A stretch of DNA of 20,453 nt from Octopus sinensis. Taxonomy: Eukaryota. A program made the position numbers and the translations under genes. Below the pieces are notes generated by a model. It was given only the letters and a program-made list of their open reading frames with translations. It was not told where the DNA came from and did not search any database. Position 1 is the stretch's first letter, and every line of letters starts with the position of its first letter. Shown here one piece after another: positions 11,847-20,453 of this stretch. The stretch is from the NCBI RefSeq assembly GCF_006345805.1, contig NW_021824219.1, forward strand, positions 1 through 20,453, written 5' to 3'.

Positions 11847-12229
11847 ACATGTATGTATATGCATATCATTTATTTGAAAAATATACAGATAAAATTTTAA
11901 TGAGAGATAGAAGGAATATATGAAATATTCTCTGTGAAATATTTGTGTTAGGATAACAAATACACAAACAAAACAACACAAATAAAAGACAATAAACAAG
12001 AAAATGTGTCAGGAAGAAAAATTTTCTTTTAATTTAAAAGGAGTTTTGATAGTAATAAAAGTCAAACGAAGAATACAACAGCACAATTTGAAATTACATG
12101 CGTTACTTTATTGAAAGATATTTCAAACGAAAATAAAATATAATGGTAGCATCAATAGTGGGTGTGTTAGGGTGTGGGATAGGTGAATTTGAAAATTTAT
12201 CTGAAAGGAGAACCAGTGCAGAACACTGG

Positions 12230-12720
12230 AAAAATCGAGCGTAGCTTTTTGTTTCCCTGCTTCTGGTAATCTCTGAATCAAAATGGCGGAGGAGCGCTCT
12301 TTTGAAAGCGTTCACAAAACCACCGGCAGAAAATCGTGTCTGCCGTCGCGGTAGAAAGACGCGCTCGATGCTTTTGCAACTGGAGCAAAGCTATTCGTAG
12401 CTGCAGTACAAAAAGCAATCACGAATAGTCCTTCTTTTATATAAAACAGGATTGGTTTGGAAAAGAACTTAAAACTTACCTTTGGTTATTCGTGTCATCA
12501 AATATTTTGACAAAACTGATGCTAACGAAAACGCGCAAGCGATTGTGACTTACTTTTGTGAGAAAAGTTCTCTTATTACAAGTTAGTGTGTTGAACAAAA
12601 CAAATAAATATATAGACAAATAAATAAATAAAATTTTTAATAAAAAACCTTCCGGTGAGGTCGACGGTGACTTCCGGTTTTTCCGTGATTATTATAACAC
12701 AAACAATCAAGCGACGGTTA
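12230..12720. promoter_or_regulatory. CpG-enriched unique island with ETS and YY1-type motifs; candidate promoter or first exons
   Basis: cttccggt at 12649 and 12671, caaaatggcgg at 12279, locally dense CpG, minus-strand GTAAGT donors at ~12553 and 12479, acceptor at 12401. Confidence 0.5.
12312..12498 (-). CDS. Speculative spliced 35-aa sORF, join(12498-12480, 12400-12312): MTRITKATNSFAPVAKASSASFYRDGRHDFLPVVL
   Basis: ATG...AAG|GTAAGT donor, 79-nt intron, tgctttttgtactgcAG acceptor. No homology recognised; could be UTR or lncRNA. Confidence 0.2.
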
Positions 12721-13319
12721 TAAGCCAGTACCATATTCTACTGCGATACTAAAACAGTGAAACAGCTTATGGCGAAATATGAAGAATACAAATCGTCTTT
12801 GTTTTTTGTTATTTTTTTTCGTTTAATTCACATTTTTTTCTTGCTTTTGTCTTATATTTTATTTTATTTTTGAATTTTGTCAAATTCCTTAAATACTAAA
12901 TCAACGGAATACTATATATAATATTTTATTTTTTGTCTTCTCTTCAGCACAAAAGGATATTGGTACATTGAAATCTTCCTTCGACACCCCTCTTACTCAC
13001 TCTTTCTTTCCTACTCCCTCTCTATCTCTCTATCTCTCTCTGCCATGCACCATCATCTGCATCTACACGCCCACCACCTCCAGCTTATTCGATTCCTTCA
13101 CTTTTAAACACACGCACCCTCATAACTCACCCGCATTTATCCATCTATCCATTCATACAATCTATCCATCTATTCACCCATCCATCCATCCATCCATCCA
13201 TCCATCCATTCATCCATCCATCCAACTATCCATCCAGCAGCCTTTTGAATTTCATTCAGTTTATTGTTTTTCTCTCAATCATCAAAATACTATTATTATG
13301 GTTAGCAATGATGATGATA

Positions 13320-13351
<32 letters not shown>

Positions 13352-13366
13352 GGTGGTGGTGATGAT

Positions 13367-13785
13367 GTCCTTGTTTGTCCTCTCTGCGTTTACCCCTTGT
13401 GGGTAGTAAAGAAATAGGTATTTCGTCTGTTGCTATGTTTTGAGTTCAAATTCCGCCTAGGTCGACTTTGACTTTCATCCTTTTGGGGTCGATTAAATGA
13501 GTACCAGTTACGCACTGGGGTCGATATAATCGACTTAATCCGTTTGTCTATCCTTGTTTGTCCCCTCTGTGTTTAGCCCCTTGTGGGTAGTAAAGAAATA
13601 GGTATTTCGTCTGCTGCTATGTTTTGAGTTCAAATTCCGTCGAGGTCGACTTTGCCTTTCATCCTTTCGGGGTCGATTAAATAAGTACCAGTTACGCACT
13701 GGGGTCGATATAATCGACTTAATCCGTTTGTCTATCCTTGTTTGTCCCCTCTGTGTGTAGCCCCTTGTGGGAAGTAAAGAAATAA
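13367..13785 (+). mobile_element. Headless tandem array of type A SINE body plus tail (partial unit plus two 184-bp units)
   Basis: gtatttcgtctg at 13418 and 13602; each unit ends ccccttgtggg(t/a)agtaaagaaata. Confidence 0.9.
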
Positions 13786-14462
13786 GATATGTCAATCACA
13801 CCAGACTGCAACTCTTATGTAAAATCATTTAAAATGTTGAGTAAATATAAGTACCTAGAAATCGAAGTCCCAAAGCTGTAACTTTGAAGAACAGCAACTG
13901 CAATTGTGACCATCAGAGCTTTGGGTGCAATGCTTAAAAATGCTCTTAGGTACTATGGTCAAATACATATTTCTTTATTAACCACAAGGGGCTAAACACA
14001 GAGGGGACAAACAAGGACAGACATAGGTATTAAGTCGATTACATCGACCCCAGTGCGTAACTGGTCCTTAATTTATCGACCCCGAAAGGATGAAAGGCAA
14101 AGTCGACCTCGGCGGAATTTGAACTCACAACGTAACGCAGACGAAATACCTATTTCTATTTCTTTACTACCCACAGGGAGCTAAACACAGAGAGGACAAA
14201 CAAGGACAGACAAACGGATTAAGTCGATTACATCGACCCCAGTGCGTAACTGGTACTTAATTTATCGACCCCGAAAGGATGAAAGGCAAAGTCGACATCG
14301 GCGGAATTTGAACTCACAACGTAACGCTGACGAAATACCGCTAAGCATTTCGCCCGGCGTGCTAACGTTTCTGCCAGCTCGCCAGGTAACTCCAAGGTAT
14401 CACAACTACAAACGGTTGTTCTCATGCGTACTGTCCACACCATAAGAAAGACATTCTCTTAA
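13786..14462 (+). mobile_element. Old R4/Dong-like 3' fragment split by a SINE insertion (pieces 13786-13966 and 14383-14462)
   Basis: Rejoined translation DMSITPDCNSYVKSFKMLSKYKYLEIEVPKL*L*RTATAIVTIRALGAMLKNALRYYGQIPGNSKVSQLQTVVLMRTVHTIRKTFS* is colinear with DVSIPADDNV...KYKDLEIEV...QKIALLGTAH of the 17.7-18.5 kb element. Confidence 0.75.
13967..14383 (-). mobile_element. Type A SINE with head plus two tandem body/tail units
   Basis: Minus-strand head ggcgagctggcagaaacgttagcacgccgggcgaaatgcttagcg; unit junction near 14150. Confidence 0.92.
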
Positions 14463-14619
14463 AACCCTTTCAGAACGGAAATATTACGAATTTAACAGAA
14501 TCTTAATACTTAGATTTTGGTCGCCTTCATTTACCATTGCTGATCATAAATAACACAAATAGTAAAGCAACCATCTTCCTGGTACTTGAAATCACTGGAA
14601 CACCGCAAATGAAACAAAA

Positions 14620-15238
14620 CAGCAATAGCGTAAACAATATCAACAACGGCAACAACAACAACAACATCAATAATACCAAAAAAACAACAACAATGTCAAC
14701 AACAATAACGTAAATATTATCAACAACGACAACAATAATTGTTGTTATTGTATTTGCTATTGTTGTTGTTGTTGTTGTTATTGGGATTTAAATATCACTT
14801 TGATTGGTTTATGTATCAATAGTTTCTATACTCATGAATTCCGTCGTGATTGATAACACAACCTTCTTCTTCTTCTTCTTCTTCTTCTTCTTCTTCTTCT
14901 TCTTCTTCTTCTTCTTGGTTATGGTCTTCATCGTTGTCGTCGTTGTCGTCATCATCATCATCATCATCATCATTATTATCATCACATATTTCGCAATCGC
15001 TTTGGTATCGACTCTATTGTCATATCATATTGTTGTTATTGCCGTTGTTGTTTTTGTTGTTGTTGTTGTTGTCGTTATTGTTGTAATCGTTGATGTTGAT
15101 CTTCTTCTTCTTCTTCTTCTTCTTCTTCTTCTTCTTCTTCTTCTTTAATGTATTAATTATTTATTATTATTAATTTCTATTAGATTTTATTAAAAATGAA
15201 GAAACCCTTCTTATATTTACTCAGTTTCATCGTCGTCG

Positions 15239-15272
<34 letters not shown>

Positions 15273-15280
15273 TATCATCA
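14620..15280. repeat. (AAC)n, (TTG)n, (TTC)n and (ATC)n trinucleotide repeats
   Basis: Seen directly. Confidence 0.9.
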
Positions 15281-15734
15281 CTTTTTATTTTGTTTAAGAT
15301 GGATTTTTCTGAGTTTTATTTATTTATTTATTTTTATTGCTTGTGTTGTAAGTGGGTGTCGGGGACAGTAATTCTTTGTTTTAGAAGAGAAAAACAGGAA
15401 TTTTCATAGTCTTTTACGAGAAAAAAAAATATTAAAATGAAATTACAAAAGAATAAAATAGAAATAATAATGTTTTTTCATTAAAAAAAATGGCGGTAAG
15501 ATGACACATTCTTGCTATTATCAGTATTTGTATGGTGATAGTGTCGATATTTAAACAAACAAAAATGAAGAAAATACATTTGGCATATAAATACGAAAAT
15601 GCCTGGAATTAAAACATTGATCCTACTATCTCTACCTATTGATAGTAATCAATATTAGGATGATGTTACCAATGAATAAGGAAGGTTGGGAATTTGAAAA
15701 TTAACAAATATATAATAGATTAATAAATAATGAT

Positions 15735-15987
15735 ATAGAGAAAAAGGAAGGAAGAGAGAGAGAGAGAGAGGTGGGGTTAGAAATGAAGGAAGAAAGAAAA
15801 CAAAGAAAACGAAAAATGAAATAAAGGCAGAAAGGAAGGAAAGGAAAATAAAAGAGAGAACGAAGACGGGGAAAAGAGGAGGAGGATATAAAGGGAAAAG
15901 AAAGAAGGAAAGTAAAGAAAGAAATGAAGGAAGAAAAAAATGAAAGGAAAGAAAAACGAAAGAATAAAAGAAAAGGAAAGGAGAAAA

Positions 15988-16045
<58 letters not shown>

Positions 16046-16160
16046 AAATGGTAAAAAGTAAAGAAAAAGAATAAAGAAATAATGAAATAAAGGAGGAAGA
16101 AAGGAAAGAAGCAATGAAAGAAAGGAAGAAAGAAAAGGAAGAACGAGAGAAAGAACTAAA
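15735..16160. repeat. Polypurine low-complexity tract including (GAAA)n
   Basis: Seen directly; it is the source of the spurious Phe/Ser/Leu-rich ORFs. Confidence 0.9.
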
Positions 16161-16509
16161 GAATACGCGAACACAAAGCATTCCTGAAATCCAAAGACAC
16201 GAGTCTGAAAGAGATGAAGAATATTCGAAAGCGGTTTGGGAGAGCAAAGGTGAAGAGAACGAGAGAGGGATGAGGCAAGAGGTGGTGAATGAAAAAGGAG
16301 GGAAGGGAAGAGGGGTGTGTAGCATAAATGGCGAGATGAGGTGAGAGGTGTTACGATGATAAGATTCCACAAAACATTTCGACAACTTTTATATCTCAGA
16401 AAGTTGTTACCTGCAGTTAATTTAATTATTCCAAATTTATAATTGTAAATATAATCAGTGGCATAATGATTCGTATTGTTATTACTTTCATTATTATTCA
16501 CTGTTGTCC

Positions 16510-16516
16510 GTTATTG

Positions 16517-16552
<36 letters not shown>

Positions 16553-16779
16553 TATATTATTATATTATTATATTATTATCATTATTATGTTTTATAATTA
16601 TTGATGTTTACTGCTAATTGTCACTAGGAACACATATATATATACGTATGGACACTCAAGATGCATACATACATACATACATACACATACATACACACAC
16701 ACATACACACACACAACACAACATACATATATATATATACTATATATATATACATATATATATATACTATATATATATA

Positions 16780-16827
<48 letters not shown>

Positions 16828-16831
16828 TATA
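16510..16831. repeat. (TTA)n, (CATA)n and (TA)n microsatellites
   Basis: Seen directly. Confidence 0.95.
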
Positions 16832-17439
16832 TTGCAAATGTATAATTTGTATATATTTTACCGCAACAACAGCTTCAAATAAAAAAATACCACCATCACA
16901 ATCACCACCACCACCACCACGCCAAAATACAAACAACAAATAGATATTTTAAACAAAAATAAGCCAAACAATAAAATAATACAAAAAAGTAAAAATGGCT
17001 AATTATAAGATTTGAAAAATTAAAATCAAAATTATTAAAGTAAAGTAGCTATCAATTCGATAATTCTTAACGCTTTGTAAAGAAGGCATCACGGGTTTAT
17101 ATCAATAAGGACCCCTTGTTTGGATGGGAGTTGTGGAATCGAGAAAATGTGTCCTAAAGGGCTTTTGTCTTTAGCGGTTGTGTTTGAAGAAACCATTTGT
17201 CTCTTTTGACATGATGTAGGAACCAAAGGAACAAAAATAGCAGAATAAAAACCAGCTTTTATGCGAAAAACAACTGCGCAACGGTGATGGTGATGATGGT
17301 GATGACGATGATCATGATGATAATGATGATGATTATAATAATGATAATAATATTAATAATATAATAAAGGACTGACAATTGCCATGGAATTATATAGAGA
17401 CCAATATGACAATGGCACAATGGAGTGTAAGTGTTGTTA

Positions 17440-17476
<37 letters not shown>

Positions 17477-17484
17477 TATTATAA

Positions 17485-17525
<41 letters not shown>

Positions 17526-17526
<1 letters not shown>

Positions 17527-17709
17527 GGCAGCGAGCTGGCAGAATCATTAGCATTCCAGGCAAAACGCTTAGCAGTATTTCGCCCGCTACGTTCTGAGTT
17601 CAAATTCCGCCGAGGTCGATAATTTAAGTGCCAGTTAAACACTGGGGCTGATGTAATCGACTAGTCCCCACCCCCGCAAATTTAAGACGTTGTGCCTATA
17701 GTATGAAGG

Positions 17710-17710
<1 letters not shown>
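17526..17710 (+). mobile_element. Type A SINE with an internal deletion between ggtcga direct repeats
   Basis: Head aggcagcgagctggcagaatc, B box gagttcaaattcc; gaggtcga joins directly to taatttaag; (TTA)n on both sides. Confidence 0.88.
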
Positions 17711-17746
<36 letters not shown>

Positions 17747-17751
<5 letters not shown>

Positions 17752-18496
17752 TAGTTTTATTTTTATAGCGTGCTTTCACTTCACTACCGAGCGCAGCTCT
17801 GTGTGCCTTGGGTATGTGCTGTGATTTGTTGTGATGCTCTGATGGTTATTGTATGGAAAGTGTTCTGCGTAGGATGTGCAGTGCCTAGTAGTGCAATTTT
17901 CTGTATGTTATATGTGTTTGTAAGTCTGGTGTTTTTGTTATGTATTTGTCTGAATATTTTTTTATCATGCCTAAGCACCTACTATGATAGGAATTGTTTC
18001 TGTTTTCAGATTCCACATTCTAGTTACCTCTATTTCCAGGTCTTTGTATTTTGAGAGTTTCTCCATTCTTTTAGAGACACGTTGTCATCTGCCGGTATTG
18101 ATACATCAATTAGAAAGCATTTTTTTCTCTTCATGATCTCTGACACTATATCTGGTCTGTTGGCCTTAATTTCTCTATCTGGTGTGTATCGGCATATCCC
18201 AGAGTATGGTTGCTTTCTCTCGTTTTCTGTTGTGACTTTTCTGTTGTGTGCCTATACCATCTTTTTTGTGTGTTATTCCATAATGTTGGCATAGTTTCCA
18301 ATGTATGTAGGTTCCAACTCTGTCATGTCTGTGAATATATTCCTTCTTAGCCAGGACTGGGCAGCTAGAGATAATATGATTTATGTTTCTTGTCCATCTC
18401 CACATATTCTGCAGTTACTTGTAATATTTCTTTTCATTACATGTTTTTGGTAATTTCTGGTGGGGAGGCTTTTTAATTTCTGGTGGGGAGGCTTTT
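17747..18496 (-). mobile_element. 5'-truncated R4/Dong-like non-LTR retrotransposon in (TAA)n
   Basis: Across frameshifts: SLPTRNYQKH, CRICGDGQE, NHIISSCP, RHDRVG, ILWDMPIHT, ANRPDIV, LIDVSIP, KYKDLE, IPIIVGA, QKIALLGTAH; then 3' UTR and (TAA)n. Confidence 0.92.
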
Positions 18497-18521
18497 TATT
18501 ATTATTATTATATTATTATTA

Positions 18522-18555
<34 letters not shown>

Positions 18556-18671
18556 TTTATTTTTATTATTAATTATTATTTTTTTTTTTTTAATTATTAT
18601 TTTTATTATTATTATCATTATCATTATTATTTTTATTATTATTATCATTATCATTATTATTACTATTACTA

Positions 18672-18812
18672 AGGAGGCGAGCCGGCAGAATCGTTAGCGG
18701 TATTACTTCGTCCGCCTTGACGTTCTGAGTTCAAATTACGCCGAGGTCGACTTTACCTTTCATCCTTTCTGGGTCGATAAATTAAGTGCCAGCTGAGTGC
18801 TGGGATCCATGT
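18672..18812 (+). mobile_element. Type A SINE, 3'-truncated
   Basis: aggaggcgagccggcagaatcgttagc...gagttcaaattacgccgaggtcgactttacctttcatcctttctgggtcgataaattaag. Confidence 0.88.
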
Positions 18813-19525
18813 GAATCACATGCACTGGATTAAATTTTAAATCATACAAGAAGTCCGTCGCTATTTAAACGTAAGTATAATCTCACTATGTTTTCATTTT
18901 GCGGGAAAATAGGAAAAGAGAGGTCTCCTGAGGGGCCGTTTTAGTATTAGTCAATCAACTATCAGATAAGACGTATATAAAATGATGGTGGAGTGGCAGC
19001 AATCGGAAATGAATCGGGAAAAATACGTTGGGAGGGCAATTTTGCCAATAGAAACACACTCATTGGTTATATTTGGGGACTTTTACTATTATAAGTGAAT
19101 TATTTATCTAATTAACTAGTTCACTAATGGATTGCTTGAATAATCAGTCCATCAATTAGATTGCTTATCAGAGTTTTTTCTTCATCATTTATTTCCGACC
19201 TCATCAATAACTTGCACGCGTTTGCCCCAGGTCTATTACAGACAGAAACTAGCCTGTGAATATGAGGCAACTAGTTTGCGAATGTGACAGATCTGGAACA
19301 GATGAGAAAACGCCTTTGATAAAGTCATAATAGTGAAACTCTATTTATCAAATAAAGTAATTTGCCAGGCGAAGTTATCATCAGCAGGAGCGCCAAGATT
19401 AACATATAAATACGAGGCAATACAGTACATGCATCGTGCTTACATATTATAGTTTTTCAAATCCACTGCGCAATTAATAATATATATGTATATATGTATA
19501 CATATGTGTATATATATATATATAT

Positions 19526-20078
19526 GTTCGTCACTTCTTCGAGTGCTACTGGGAACATGTAACCCAGTACAACCTGTTGCATGGTCGGGTTGTTGGCGAC
19601 TAAACCGGCAACCCACCAAGCTTGCTTGTTGAGGAGGGTGTTTATTGGACACCCTGCGGATGCGGATGAAAACAAACCCGTCAAAGGGCGGAGGAATTCT
19701 TGAGAGTCAACGGCCATCCAATAAATGTCTTAAGGCTGTATCATGCGCGGGGACATAGAAATAATCGGACTGAATACCCGATCGCGCGGTTAAACCATTG
19801 GGAGTGAAGGACTCCTAGCCTTTAATAGGGCATCCTTCTAGGAGAAGGTAACTCGGGTAACTGTGATAACTCCGACATAAAATCTGCGGCTCAGTGGTTA
19901 CCGATGATGTTGACTTGTTCTTTTCGGATTATGGCTGCTGTTGCTTAGTGAGTGGGATTAACTCAGTGCACAGCCTTTCCTCACTTTAAAAATAATCTTC
20001 TTGCACAGGCATTGCACGATAACAACATTGATTAAGCTTCGTGCAATGGCCATACTCGATAACGGGGGGCAGCCACCA
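19526..20078 (+). mobile_element. GC-richer, hairpin-rich element in (TA)n; probably derived from an RTE-type LINE 5' UTR
   Basis: Sharp (TA)n boundaries and many hairpins. Motifs ctaggagaaggtaactc and gtcaaagggcgga...gtcaacggccatcc resemble RTE 5' UTRs from memory, not verified. Single copy in this window. Confidence 0.55.
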
Positions 20079-20239
20079 TATATATGTATATAAGTATGTA
20101 TATATATACGTATATACATGTATATATATATATATACATGCATACATACATACATATATACATGTATGTATGTTTGTATGTATATGTGTGTGTATGAGTG
20201 TGGGTGTGAATGTGTGTGTGAGTGTGTGTGTGTGCTTAC

Positions 20240-20412
20240 CTCACCACCACTTGAAAACCGGTGTTGGTGTGTTGACGTCCCCGTTATCTAGCAGTTCGCC
20301 AAATACACTGATAGAACAAGTATCAGCCTTGAAAAATAAACTATGCATTGGGGTTTTTTCAAGGCGGTGCCCCAACATGGCCGCAGCCTAGTAACTGAAA
20401 GGGAAAAAAGAT
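20240..20412 (+). mobile_element. Degenerate 3' half of type B SINE
   Basis: ttggtgtgttgacgtccccg...aaggcggtgccccaacatggccgcag...actgaaa. Confidence 0.75.
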
Positions 20413-20453
20413 ATATAGACAGTGAGAGCGACAGAGAGAGCAAGAGAAAGAGA

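Noticed and set aside
12165-12172. accctaac on the minus strand as a telomerase RNA template
   Set aside because: Only 8 nt; the downstream sequence is AT-rich with no pseudoknot, CR4/5 or H/ACA features.
13367-14383. Hammerhead or HDV-like ribozyme in the tandem SINE unit
   Set aside because: No CUGANGA/GAAA core with stems, and no satisfactory P1/P3/L3 arrangement found by eye.
15490-15501. aaaATGGCG|GTAAG as a first coding exon
   Set aside because: An isolated motif in CpG-poor context with no identifiable downstream exon.
15701-16501. Longest ORFs (266 and 202 aa, hydrophobic)
   Set aside because: Stop-free only because they read through a polypyrimidine low-complexity tract.
19850-20010. 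Twister or HDV ribozyme in the structured element
   Set aside because: taactccg and tcctcac resemble parts of these motifs, but the required partners and spacing are missing.

Overview
This is eukaryotic, AT-rich, very microsatellite-dense DNA with no recognisable intact protein-coding gene. The SINE families and repeat landscape match my recollection of Octopus (cephalopod) genomes, which is an inference. Almost all ORFs in the supplied track are translations of simple repeats. Supported content: (i) decayed, 5'-truncated fragments of at least four R4/Dong-like non-LTR retrotransposon lineages with a restriction-like endonuclease (RLE), two of them ending in (TAA)n and one in (CATA)n; (ii) many tRNA-derived SINE copies of three types, including a tail-to-tail inverted pair of tandem SINE arrays; (iii) three copies of a ~550-bp non-coding, TAA-anchored element with no tRNA head; (iv) a ~550-bp hairpin-rich element in (TA)n; (v) a CpG/ETS-rich promoter-like island at ~12.2-12.7 kb with a canonical 79-nt minus-strand intron, plus a candidate minus-strand micro-exon at 2.3 kb. 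The best candidate for an undescribed system is a microsatellite-targeted retroelement community: R4/Dong drivers plus non-autonomous passengers. This is a hypothesis, not a demonstrated result.
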